63,237 nt of DNA, filler included, from Lenisia limosa (GCA_001655205.1; 14 parts of 14 records of this genome joined end to end with filler, not necessarily neighbours in it), one strand, 5' to 3'. Shown: positions 24,658 through 36,018, counted from the first letter of the whole stretch. The notes: a model not told the origin generated them from the sequence alone. Translations and numbers: made by a program.

Positions 24658-26376
24658 TTTGTTCGTCTGGAAAAAGAACTGGAAGAAAAAGAAACCAGCT
24701 GGAGGCAAAGAATGGCAGAGCAGGAGACGAATCTGGGTATTGAACTGACAGCCGCACATAACGAAACAGCACGAGTCACGGGGCTTCTTCATGAGGTGAG
24801 TCTTGCCCATCACATAACTATTCCTGTCTTATTATATTCGCGAAAATATGGTAATGTGTTACTGAAAGCAATGAGAAATACAAAAAAAAAATAAGGTTGT
24901 ATCTGACCGAAGCCATACACACCATCACGCAAATCAGAGATATTGGATTATAGTAGAGTATTAATTCACCCAATCATTCGCCTTAAAACTCCTGTTTTCA
25001 ATGTATTCATTTGTTTCCGTAGATTTTTTTTAGTGTATATCGATATATTATTTCCAGGGCTGCATGCAATTAATAAAACAATTAATTTCAAAATTTGACG
25101 TGGGACATCTTGTAATTAGAACACCATTCCAGACACTTTGTTTTCAAATTTTGTCCATTAATCTCTTCAAAGGAGTCCTAATTATTGCCAATTTTCACCC
25201 CTATAGGCGGAGGAGTCTGTGAAAATCTCAAAGCAGGAAAAATATGTAGGAAAAAGGCGACCTTATTGATCATTGTGGAGTGAAACTTACCTTTTTGGGA
25301 GTTGTGAATATCTATCATTTTCCTTTTTAAGAAGTTGTGGAGGGGATATCTGTCACTTACCTTTTTAGGAAGTAGTTGGCATGATTGAACAGCTTCAGGA
25401 AGAAGTCAGTCGAACACATGAGGTGAGTTGTTTCCTCCTCCTCATCCCTTGTACGTATGTATACCCCCTCATGTACATATGTAATATGTACATGTATACA
25501 TTCATGATTTGTAACTTTAAGCCAATATTCTTCAGAGAATTTCCTTTATTACCCCCCCCCCCCCNNNNNNNNNNNNNNNNNNNNNNNNNNNNNNNNNNNN
25601 NNNNNNNNNNNNNNNNNNNNNNNNNNNNNNNNNNNNNNNNNNNNNNNNNNNNNNNNNNNNNNNNNNNNNNNCAAAGAGGTTGCCAAAAATCAGTTTAGCT
25701 CAAAGGAGGTTTGTTGCGACACTGACCGCGATAAGTCCTGATACGATTGACTCGATATCCAAGCTTCAGTCACTGTGTATATCAAATGTTAAACAATATA
25801 TGTACTAATTAAATTTTATATGAATATAGCGATATACATACTGTAGGACTTGGATTGTATAACAAATAAACACATCGGGACACCATCAATATCTTAGAAC
25901 GACGCGCACGCCAAAACCCAAGCCGATCTTCAAACCGCCACCGAAGACCTCAACTCCCTCCGCGCCGAACTCCGTGCCGGCCAAATCACAATCCAAACCT
26001 CAGCGTCCCAAATCGCTGATCTAGAACTTTCGCTTGAACGCGTGTCGCAAGAGCTCTTTAAGACCAGGGCGGAGAAAGATGGTCTCGTGCATGATGCGAG
26101 CATGGCGAAGGCGGCGGCGGAGCAGTCCAATGTTAAGGTGTGTGGTTTTCTTCTTTTTTCTTTCTTTTTTTTCTTTTTCTTCTTTTTCTTCTTTTTCTTC
26201 TTTTTCTTCTTTTTCTTCTTTTTCTTCTTTTTCTTCTTCTTTATCTGACAATACTCTTCACAATATCCCTCCCCCCACTCAAAATCTTTATTTTGCAGGT
26301 GACCCTTTTGGAGCAACAGATTCGCGAGATAACAGCTGAGCGGATGAAAGAATCCGATTCGTATGCCCAGCAGAAA
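24658..26376 (+). CDS. Hypothetical multi-exon coiled-coil protein (partial)
   Basis: Phase-0 exons: VRLEKELEEKETSWRQRMAEQETNLGIELTAAHNETARVTGLLHE, EVVGMIEQLQEEVSRTHE, NDAHAKTQADLQTATEDLNSLRAELRAG...AAAEQSNVK, VTLLEQQIREITAERMKESDSYAQQK. Confidence 0.6.
24899..24994 (-). repeat. Dispersed family C, longest copy (intronic)
   Basis: GTATCTGACCGAAGCCATACACACCATCACGC...GATATTGGATTATAGTAGAGTATTAATTCACCCAATCATTCGCCTTAAAACTC links all the other fragments. Confidence 0.8.
25720..25775. mobile_element. MITE family B, degenerate copy
   Basis: CACTGACCGCGATAAGTCCTGA...CAGTCACTG. Confidence 0.55.
26148..26242. repeat. Intronic (TTCTTCTTT)n simple repeat
   Basis: Lies between the GTGTGT donor at ~26139 and the GCAG acceptor at ~26298. 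Confidence 0.9.
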
Positions 26377-26396
26377 GTTAGGGGGGGAGGTGTATA

Positions 26397-26487
26397 ATGA
26401 TATGGGAAGGGGTCGCGGGCAAAATCTATGATATGGGAGGGGGTCGCGGGCAAAATCTATGATATGGGAGGGGGTCGCGGGCAAAAT
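26397..26487. repeat. Tandem repeat, 31 bp x3, abutting MITE B
   Basis: ATGATATGGGAGGGGGTCGCGGGCAAAATCT. Confidence 0.9.
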
Positions 26488-26490
26488 GTA

Positions 26491-26558
26491 CAGTGACCGG
26501 GATAAGTCCTGACCGATTTTCATTGGGAAATCATAGATCAAATCGGTCAAGACTTATG
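26491..26558. mobile_element. MITE family B copy, cut by scaffold end
   Basis: TA|CAGTGACCGGGATAAGTCCTGACCGATTT...AAATCGGTCAAGACTTAT. Confidence 0.85.
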
Positions 26559-26964
26559 NNNNNNNNNNNNNNNNNNNNNNNNNNNNNNNNNNNNNNNNNN
26601 NNTTAATTAATTAANNNNNNNNNNNNNNNNNNNNNNNNNNNNNNNNNNNNNNNNNNNNATGAACTAAATGGTTTGGGCCCCGACTGAAGGCATCCGCACA
26701 GCATTCATAAGATACAATAACTGGTGTCATACAGCACAAGAAGATACTAATAATGGTGTCACAGAGTAATAACACATTTCTAGGTAATCATATATATTTC
26801 CCAAAACTAATAAGATTCCATTTACACCATCAAAATAGTCGGAACACTTTACCTTACAACACAATGCACAATCAACAAAGCATCAAACCCAATAAAAAAA
26901 AGACCCAAACCGGGGTATCGTAAAATCATCATCATCAAGTCGATAACAGCAAGATCGGACAAAT

Positions 26965-27294
26965 TTAACCAACCTTGTCCTTGTTCTTGAGTTTGTAGTA
27001 GTTAAGCGGCTTAACAAGGTCAAGCACGGTGCCGCAAGACATCAGCTGGAAGGACGAAGCTGGGTCTTCAGCCTCAGGGAAGAAACGAGAAACCGCCTGC
27101 GGAGAATAAACAGTGAATCCCAAGACCAGTGGAAGCCGTTCATTATCGCCAACCTGCTGAAATACGACAAGGCAATTATCAGAAGACCCGAACTTTAAGG
27201 TCTTAGAGGCTCCAGAGAACCCATCCTCAACCCGAAGAAGAAGCGTGGCGTCACTCATCGTGTATGTTGGTCCTTGGTCAGGAGACCAGTCCAA
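26965..27294 (-). CDS. Exon encoding a talin-F0-like (FERM F0 / ubiquitin-fold) domain
   Basis: LRVEDGFSGASKTLKFGSSDNCLVVFQQV...LGFTVYSP...VLDLVKPLNYYKLKNKDK resembles talin F0 (KTMQFEPSTMV...FGLFL...WLEAGKALDYYMLRNGD) from memory. A GTTGGT donor follows DK. Confidence 0.45.
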   Translation of the reverse strand: MDWSPDQGPTYTMSDATLLLRVEDGFSGASKTLKFGSSDNCLVVFQQVGDNERLPLVLGFTVYSPQAVSRFFPEAEDPASSFQLMSCGTVLDLVKPLNYYKLKNKDKVG

Positions 27295-28025
27295 GTTAGC
27301 CTGTCAACAGCGGCTACCGCTGAAAGAGAGAGTGTTGCGAATTGAAAGAACTCAAAAGCTAATTTTGTCTGCTGCTTTCCCTAAAATGGAATGCGTTACT
27401 ATTCCTGTTAAGTCATTCAAAGACCTATATCATCCTTCTTCTTGTCCACATCGAGAAAATCGCGAAATTAAAAACAATATAAAAACACTCCTGGGGGTGG
27501 AAACAAAAGCACAAAACTAAAAAAAAAAGATTAATTCTCCGTATTTATTTCTGGGCACAAGTAGTCATATTTTAGTAGAGTCATTTCGTTGTTTCTGTAT
27601 TCTTGCACTTGGGGTTTCTGCGTCGTCTGTGATCATACGAGAGACACGCGATATAGCTAGTTGAAAACTACTACTCCAATACCCAACCTACTTGGTTTCA
27701 CGACCATTAGGGAATTTCTGAAGGGCGTATCGCCTATTTGTCATTCTCCAAAACAAGTAAATATTTTTTATATTCTGAAACATGTTAAATTTTGCGATTT
27801 TATACTTGGTCCCCTCTGTGTGTCAATGTCAGTCAAGGAGATTGGATTGGCTTATGATTTTATTCATTTTGCACTCCACTTCTTTGTAACTTGAGATTTT
27901 AGTTATAATCTCAATGTACTGTTGTCTTGGAGTTTTCTCTCAACTTAGGGCAAATTGATTCTTTTAATTATGTGACATTGTTTTACACGTAATTCGCAAC
28001 CTCAGAAATCTGGGCACTGACATTA

Positions 28026-28109
28026 GAGCTTCACTTTCGGTTCAAAAAAGACTGAATTCTCGATAAATATCAATATTTTACCGGTGTTTCGGAACCAACA
28101 GTGAAGCTC
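28026..28109. mobile_element. MITE family A copy
   Basis: TA|GAGCTTCACTTTCGGTTC...GAACCAACAGTGAAGCTC|TA; GAGC/GCTC ends are matched. Confidence 0.85.
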
Positions 28110-29008
28110 TAACTGACATAATGCACTGGAGAAAACGAAATGAAAAATAAATAATACTCAAAACAAATACAAACTCGCCTATGCCTTGACCCAAAGAGAC
28201 ACCACCAGATCTCTGGTCTGGGTGTTTGCCCAGGTTCCACCTCCGCTGCGCATTTCAACACGGCCATTGTTGGCATCCGCTCCTAATTTCGTAAATATCA
28301 GGACAAAGGACAAAAAGTCTCAATTTTACGGAGGCAACGGGTGTTCGATCCCCCACCCCATTTATTTTCTTTTGATACCCCTCCCACCCATCATGATGTG
28401 ACAGTTGCCGTCGAAGGTGACGTCACAATTGCCCGTGCCTGTTAATCTAAAGATCGTAAAAGTAGGCTAGAGTTCCAAAAACTGGCTGGGTCGAAGGCCA
28501 GAAAGAACCGTAACCTTGCGTTACTTGCGTGTTTTAGAAGTGTAAAAACATAAGTGGGATTTAACCATTGAAGTAACTCTACTATATCATCCTGAATTCT
28601 TGGATTTCAATTCCATTTAATATCCCCAAAAAACTTTGTGTGTTGTTCCAAAGTAAGCTTATCAAGATTGTTGTTATAAGAAACCAACATTCTAAAGATG
28701 CGATAATAATATATATAATATTGATATAGTATATCATATGATATATATAGCCTTATCTCATTTCATATGATATATATATATTATATCGATATAAAACATA
28801 AACCAACTTCATTCTAAAGTGGGTGTAGTGGTATGTTGGTCCTTGGTCAGGAGACCAGTCCAAGTTAGCCTGTCAACAGCGGCTACCGCTNNNNNNNNNN
28901 NNNNNNNNNNNNNNNNNNNNNNNNNNNNNNNNNNTTAATTAATTAANNNNNNNNNNNNNNNNNNNNNNNNNNNNNNNNNNNNNNNNNNNNCCCCCCCCCC
29001 CCGCCCAG

Positions 29009-30756
29009 TTTCAAGCACCAACAAACTTGACGAGGCTGTGACTCAGAGGGACTTCCAACAATGTGCCGGTCTTTTAGATGCGATCACACAGCTGGCGGCC
29101 ACGTTCGAGGACTATAGACATGTTCCGAGGTGGGGTATTGGGCTCTTCTAAAAAGGGTGGCAGCGTCTGTAGTTAAAAAAAGAAGTGATAAAAGTGGTAT
29201 TTTTGAATAAAATTAAATAATAACAGGTTTATTTTTTTCAACTACAGACGTTTTTTTTTAGAGAGCCACTCCATTTTTAAACAATCCAGTGGTTGTGATA
29301 GAAGGTGTATATCATGTAGCTACATAGAGGGGTTCCTGTAGTCCAAAAAATATATCGATGTTTTTGAGGATTTATCGAGAAAATCACTCGTTTTTTCGAA
29401 CCAAAGTGAAACTAGATAGATATATTTTAAGGGTTGGGGATGTATGGATTGAAGTGCCTCTATTTCTCCACCATCCCCCCTTATCACTTACAATGGTTAA
29501 AAGAGATGTTTCATGGTGTCTATTGGCAACTTGGAACAATTTGAGCTGATTAACTACATTTCACGCATAAAAGCTGTCTGTGTTCAAAAGTAATAGACTT
29601 GTAACTGACTTGTATCCTTTCTAAACTGCTTTATAAGAGAATAGAGCGTCAATAGCACGCCCAGAGGGTTCAGACCCCGACCCCCGATCCCCTATAAGAT
29701 TTGTAAAAAAAACCCTCCTGATACCATTATTATAACCTACGNNNNNNNNNNNNNNNNNNNNNNNNNNNNNNNNNNNNNNNNNNNNNNNNNNNNNNNNNNN
29801 NNNNNNNNNNNNNNNNNNNNNNNNNNNNNNNNNNNNNNNNNNNNNNNNNNNNNNNNGGGTTTTTTGTTTTCCTTTCATAAATTTCCAATTTTACACCCCC
29901 TAGGGTCGAAGCCGCACTGGTGGACTTCGAAGCGGCCTCTACCCGAGTTAAGGGCTTGTGCATGACTACTTTTGATGCGTACGGGGGGAAGGGCTAGGCT
30001 CCGTACAATTAATTGAAAATTAGTTGCTAAGTTTGAAGTGAAACATACTGTAAACTCAATTTCAGTCTCTTGAATTGGATATTTATTTCGTCGCCCCCTC
30101 CAGGTACCAAGAATCAGTGGAGAAACAGTCTGAGAATTCGGCCCCTCTTGACTGCGAACCCTTGGCCTACGCGTGTTGTGCCCTCATGACCATCGATAAA
30201 ACTACCAAGTAAGATGATACATACTATACTACTCATAGTACTATATTCAATATGATATACTTTCAACTGTCGATAAAATTTCCAAGCAAGAACTTTTAGT
30301 ACTATAGTATGCATATAGTAAGTATACTATAGCTATATCATATATTATATTGAATGTTGAATATGAATTTTATCGATACTACCATGTAAGTTGAAGCTTG
30401 ATTATAGTACATTCAATATGATATCCTATCAACTATCATAAAATTACCAAGTAAGAATTTTAATGGAAAATAAAAGAGCCAGATCGCATTATCCATCTAA
30501 ACTCTGTGAGAAGTACTTCTATTTTGGGTATTGAATAACTATCAACTATCGGTACAACTAACAAGTAAATTGAATACCATTGATAACAAGTATTGATAAA
30601 GAAAAAAAGTATGTCATCCCCATGTTTTCTTTAGTTTAACCCAAATACCCATCTTATTTTTTGGATTTGAACTGACACAGTAGAGTGCGACTCTCTGAGT
30701 GGTACATTAAAAAGATTGTCAAGGCATACGACTCCCTTTTCTTCCACGGTGCTAAG
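29009..30756 (+). CDS. VPS53: VPS53, GARP/EARP tethering complex subunit (internal fragment)
   Basis: Four phase-compatible exons: KLDEAVTQRDFQQCAGLLDAITQLAATFEDYRHVPR|VEAALVDFEAASTRVKGLCMTTFDA|YQES...LAYACCALMTIDKTTK|VRLSEWYIKKIVKAYDSLF. Spacing matches the Vps53 N-domain (RQY.E.ANLL.AV.QL..HF..Y..IPKI...L...C.V.D.L...VR..I...F...L..Y..IF). Confidence 0.72.
29141..29267. repeat. Inverted-repeat (MITE-like) hairpin in VPS53 intron
   Basis: GGCTCTTCTAAAAA...CGTCTGTAGTTAAAAAAA / TTTTTTTCAACTACAGACG...TTTTTAGAGAGCC. Confidence 0.65.
29329..29412. mobile_element. MITE family A variant, VPS53 intron
   Basis: GGGTTCCTGTAGTCCAAAAAA...TTTTTTCGAACCAAAGTGAAAC|TA. Confidence 0.6.
29857..29903 (+). repeat. 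Family D copy ending at VPS53 acceptor (5' part in gap)
   Basis: GGGTTTTTTGTTTTCCTTTCATAAATTTCCAATTTTACACCCCCTAG. Confidence 0.75.
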
Positions 30757-32367
30757 GTCGGAATGGGATGAGGTTTTAGTCATGTTTATCTTGCTGGTCT
30801 GAATAGCATAGGACGTTTTGTCATACTGGAAAGGACTATGGATTCACTCTGGTTCGAAATTTATAATCACATTCCGTATATTACATAATTGCATTCCCCN
30901 NNNNNNNNNNNNNNNNNNNNNNNNNNNNNNNNNNNNNNNNNNNTTAATTAATTAANNNNNNNNNNNNNNNNNNNNNNNNNNNNNNNNNNNNNNNNNNNNG
31001 TTCAGTCGTCGGGATAATTCCGCAGGGTAATTTTTCGTATGAAACAGCTCTAACATGCAAATTTTAAAAATGAGTAAAAAGGCCTGGAATGTACCTAACC
31101 GAGGCTATATGAGTCCAATAGTGCAAAAACTAGACAATGGTGCAGTACTGGATGTACGTACTTGACGGGAATAATGTAAATTTCTCAAATAGTATGTTTA
31201 AACCCCAAAAAAAAAAAAAAAAAAATGTTGAAGCCAAAAAGNNNNNNNNNNNNNNNNNNNNNNNNNNNNNNNNNNNNNNNNNNNNNNNNNNNNNNNNNNN
31301 NNNNNNNNNNNNNNNNNNNNNNNNNNNNNNNNNNNNNNNNNNNNNNNNNNNNNNNNNNNNNNNNNNNNNNNNNNNNNNNNNNNNNNNNNNNNNNNNNNNN
31401 NNNNNNNNNNNNNNNNNNNNNNNNNNNNNNNNNNNNNNNNNNNNNNNNNNNNNNNNNNNNNNNNNNNNNNNNNNNNNNNNNNNNNNNNNNNNNNNNNNNN
31501 NNNNNNNNNNNNNNNNNNNNNNNAGGAAATTCTTGTTTTGCGTTCCTTTCATTTTACACCTGTAATATTTATGATATTCTTCTCATTTTTTGTTACTTCC
31601 GAAGGTGGTTCTGATTGCTACCACACGAGCAGGGAAAATGGCGCATAAGAGAATTGAACTTGACAGAAAAAGAAAAACAGGCTTCTTGACCAATGTATGT
31701 TTGGAACTGTGACTGCTTTTATAGCATTTTTTAATCTGTATGATTTCATTCATTTTTTTTTTATTTTCTTGTCCATGCACCGTTGAGTTGTTTTCAACAT
31801 ATTTATCAACCATATGAGATGAATATTCAAAAGCCTTTAATTACGTTACAATACCTCCACCAACAAAAAATTGAGATATCACCACGCAGATCAAAAACTT
31901 CAACACGGCGGTGAGCAGAGCAAGNNNNNNNNNNNNNNNNNNNNNNNNNNNNNNNNNNNNNNNNNNNNNNNNNNNNNNNNNNNNNNNNNNNNNNNNNNNN
32001 NNNNNNNNNNNNNNNNNNNNNNNNNNNNNNNNNNNNNNNNNNNNNNCATGCAAGGCGTCCCAGTATTCGGAAGGTTTCAACTCAAACTTCGGAACCCCCT
32101 TAACACTCAGTCGGTTTCGCAGTTTAAAGACAATTATAAAAAAAGAAACAAATTGAAATCATTGTTTTTTACTACCCATCAAAATCTTATCACCGTTATT
32201 ACTTTGAAAATTATTATTTTTGCATTAAGTTTAGTGATTGTTCAATAATAATACCCCCAGCCGAGAAGCCCTATTCCCTCGAGCCGGAAATTACGTCAGA
32301 GAGCGTTTCGAGTGCCATCATTGTCGGATACGCGAAGGCCAAGGAACAGATCAAATCGTCTTCTGTA

Positions 32368-32440
32368 GAGGTTGGGTGGTCAAAACTGTGTTAATTTGTT
32401 TTGGAGGTTGGGTGGTCAAAACTGTGTTAATTTGTTTTGG
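32368..32440. repeat. Tandem duplication, 36 bp x2
   Basis: GAGGTTGGGTGGTCAAAACTGTGTTAATTTGTTTTG. Confidence 0.9.
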
Positions 32441-33544
32441 AAGTTGTTAATGTTATACTTCATCATATGTCAAGGATCATATTATGTACATATAAATTAT
32501 TTTTTATACTCCTTGTGATGTTGATTTCTGATTTCATATGTGTACGTAGACTTTATTCAAGAAACAGTGGTTCAATTGGTCTGGTCCTCATAATCTTTGT
32601 ACATCTGAGCTGAATGTATAATGTGTTTTTTTTATATTATCAACACTTCTTAGTCTATTAGTGTATCATATTATTTTATATGAAGTTTCCTCTAACATAT
32701 TAGAATCTTGAAACGTCGATGAGTACCCTGTCTTTGAAGAACATGCCTACAAGTGTTCCCGCTCGTTTGGGGGTTAGGGTTCACTGAATAACATTTCTCT
32801 GAAACGATTTTGGGGCTAGGAATACCGCCATTATATCAATGTCATCAAAATAGAGCATTTAAGCTGATAATTCCGATTGCAAACTCTGCTTATTGATATC
32901 GGCAACCGATGCCAATCCCTGCGTTTTACTGATAATCACTCCGCTATTGAGCTTATCGTCTAGGCCTGCCATCCCCTGANNNNNNNNNNNNNNNNNNNNN
33001 NNNNNNNNNNNNNNNNNNNNNNNTTAATTAATTAANNNNNNNNNNNNNNNNNNNNNNNNNNNNNNNNNNNNNNNNNNNNAATTTAAGGTGACAATAAGAC
33101 AATCAAAGCTCCGGCTTAAACAGGGGAGCTCCAGTTTAGGTCAATCGTACAGAATTCGAGGGAATAGAAAGTGACAAGTGGTATGAATTAAAATAAGAGT
33201 TGAAAAAAAAAATATATAGCCCCGATCAGAATTTATTTTAATTATTTTCTTTGTCCCTCACTTTGGTGCTGGGAATGATGTGGTGAATTTCACAGGAGGN
33301 NNNNNNNNNNNNNNNNNNNNNNNNNNNNNNNNNNNNNNNNNNNNNNNNNNNNNNNNNNNNNNNNNNNNNNNNNNNNNNNNNNNNNNNNNNNNNNNNNNNN
33401 NNNNNNNNNNNNNNNNNNNNNNNNNNNNNNNNNNNNNNNNNNNNNNNNNNNNNNNNNNNNNNNNNNNNNNNNNNNNCCCAAATTACCCCCCCTGTTAGAA
33501 TAAATGCTTATTCTGTCAAATGACTAAATTATTGATTTCCAATT

Positions 33545-34620
33545 CATACCATAGGTAGGTTGGGGGGGCTGGGGCTGCTGAGGAGGGAAGTAGTTGGTTG
33601 GGGCATTGTGGAATTGGGGCTGGGCATAGATATCGTAGGACTAAAGGGTAAAGAAAAACAAAAGAGAAAAAGGCTCCACGAGGCTTGCCAATATCTCTCT
33701 AAATATCAAGGTATTTTTATAATCTAGGATGATAGACCAATCGATCAAACATAGTCCCTCAATTATGAATAAAGTTAGCAATTAGCATTACTTCGATTCT
33801 GGAAAATCCCCCGTGATTTCTCAAAAAATACTCGACAATAGGCTCCTTGCAAAATCAGAGATAGTCGTTCGATCGAAAAGAAGCTCCACTCCCTCATACT
33901 TGGTTACTGGAAGACATGGGCTGGGAGGCGGGGGTGGAATAGTCATGAGGCTGAGGCTAAGAAGTTAATAAATTGACAGCAACATGGGTTTGGTACATTG
34001 TCTTGACTGTTATTGCAATAAAAAATAAATAAATAAAAATAAGACTATCAGATAAGATTTCATGGAAACTGGTAAATGGGAAAACTTATTAAATAAAACA
34101 AAACTCACTTCGGCTTGAAAAATACCAGAAAAATATCGATAGTTTTCGACGATTAATCGAGAAATTCAGTTTTTTTTTCGAACCGAAGGGAAGCCCTACG
34201 GGTGACAAACCTGTGATTGTTGGACCATTTGGGGAGGTTGGGACATTGCGGGGGTTTGTTGAACTGGAGCTGCGGGCTGGGTGCCGGGCATACTGAAACC
34301 GTCAGGATATAAAATGGTTGTTTATGGTATCCCTTGTATTTATTTGTTTCCCTAGATTTCTCTTGTTCAAAAACCTGGCGTAACGGTACTAATCACACAA
34401 GTGTCAGGGTGGACAATAGATGTGTACGAAGCATATTCTTGTCGTTTACGGAGTTGCAAATGATCGAGTGAAATAAAATATGCACTACCAATGTGATAAT
34501 ATGGCTATCTCTTTTCGACATAGTGTATTCATTATCACAACTATCAAATAAGTGATAGCATACCCTGAAGAAAAGCTGTAAAGAAGGCGCTTGTGCTGAC
34601 TATGGCTTTCCTCCAACTGA
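33545..34620 (-). CDS. Hypothetical Pro/Gln-rich multi-exon protein (partial)
   Basis: Exon-like blocks YPDGFSMPGTQPAAPVQQTPAMSQPPQMVQQSQ (followed by a GT donor) and SYDIYAQPQFHNAPTNYFPPQQPQPP. Confidence 0.35.
34105..34196. mobile_element. MITE family A copy
   Basis: TCACTTCGGCTTGAAAAA...TTTTTCGAACCGAAGGGAAGCCC|TA. Confidence 0.8.
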
Positions 34621-34953
34621 ATCATTTGATGCTGAAATGTCAGAAAAAAAAAGATGAATCACTTGATCACTTGCTGCTGAAATGTCAAATCAATTGGGAT
34701 TGTGTAATTTAACATCTGATATGTGCACGTTGAAAAAAAATATAATAAATAAGAATGACGAGTAACAAAAACACAGCACAGCCCCCTACGAAGTGCTTGG
34801 TTTTCACAGCACAGCCCCCCATAAAGTGCTTGGTTTTCACAGCCCCCCCCCCCCNNNNNNNNNNNNNNNNNNNNNNNNNNNNNNNNNNNNNNNNNNNNTT
34901 AATTAATTAANNNNNNNNNNNNNNNNNNNNNNNNNNNNNNNNNNNNNNNNNNN

Positions 34954-36018
34954 NGCCCGCGAAAACACCATCCCCCTCAGCAATGATATCCTACCTTGGG
35001 CTTCACTTCGGTTCAAAAAAAGACTGCATGTCTCGATAAATCCACGGAAACCGAAGTGAAGCCCTAGCCAAACCCCCAGAAACATAACCATTAACCCGTC
35101 CCCACTTGGCATCCGAGCTTGACAAAACGGTGTGCAGCGGTCTCAACGTTTCCTATTAAAACTATGATGTTTTTGAAGTCGAAATCTTCTTCGTCGGGGA
35201 AGTCGAAGACAAGCTGGGAGGAGGGGGGGGGGGGAGNNNNNNNNNNNNNNNNNNNNNNNNNNNNNNNNNNNNNNNNNNNNNNNNNNNNNNNNNNNNNNNN
35301 NNNNNNNNNNNNNNNNNNNNNNNNNNNNNNNNNNNNNNNNNNNNNAAACAACCAACAAACATGAGCAACCAACGCTAAAACTTGACAGGGGAGTAAATTG
35401 GAAAATATACGAAACAAAAACAAACCCAAATCAGTGTTGCGATAAAATTGGGAAGTTTATGAAAAAAAAAGCCCTGGGGGGGGGGTTATAGAAGATACCT
35501 TCATATGGTGTTTTGTATGATACTAAATCGCTAACATGTAGTTCCGAAATACCAATAAAATTTCAATAATTATCAAAGGATTTATCGAAAATCCAGTCTT
35601 TTTGAAAATGAAAGTCAAGATCTTTTGTCATCATACTCCTCGCTTCAGTACAATCACGTACTAGCACTTCACACCCACCCCCTTAAATCTTTAAAGCTGC
35701 CAATCCAAAAAAAAATATCACGGTTATCTGAACAAAAAGTTTCGCTGACGTCATTGTTTAACTACTTTTTATGCGATTTTGCTCAGTGTGATAATCATAA
35801 CATTTGCTCTCTTACTTCCAAAACAACTGCTTTAATAACAGTAAGTTGAAATCACACAGGTTAAGCTCAGTTTTGACTCAAATTGTGGTTTATCCGGGCC
35901 AGTTTCTGGATTGGTACCCTGCTTTAATCACTCCCCTCACCCTGCCAGAGTGTCCCAGAATAATGGGTTGGATCTGTTGGGCCGTCGGGATCGATCCTTG
36001 CATCGCATAGACTGTTTT
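34954..36018 (-). CDS. Hypothetical multi-exon protein (partial)
   Basis: Exons KTVYAMQGSIPTAQQIQPIILGHSGR, a 20-nt micro-exon (LALVAH, 35361-35380), LVFDFPDEEDFDFKNIIVLIGNVETAAHRFVKLGCQ, DIIAEGDGVFAG. Confidence 0.4.
34998..35064. mobile_element. MITE family A copy (internally deleted)
   Basis: GGGCTTCACTTCGGTTC...AACCGAAGTGAAGCCC|TA. Confidence 0.85.
35381..35432 (-). repeat. Family D copy ending at an acceptor
   Basis: Minus strand: CTGATTTGGGTTTGTTTTTGTTTCGTATATTTTCCAATTTACTCCCCTGTCAAG. Confidence 0.75.

Noticed and set aside
25930-26550. Poly-Lys and (EEK)n ORFs on the minus strand
   Set aside because: They are antisense readings of an intronic TTC-rich repeat and of the real plus-strand exon.
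27255-27258. ATGA stop/start overlap suggesting prokaryote-like translational coupling
   Set aside because: The upstream frame is a short unsupported reading, and the F0-like frame is already open upstream of the ATG; chance overlap is likely.
31130-31614. Long ORFs in the ORF track that span N runs (here and elsewhere)
   Set aside because: Their length comes from unsequenced bases translated as X and is not evidence of coding.
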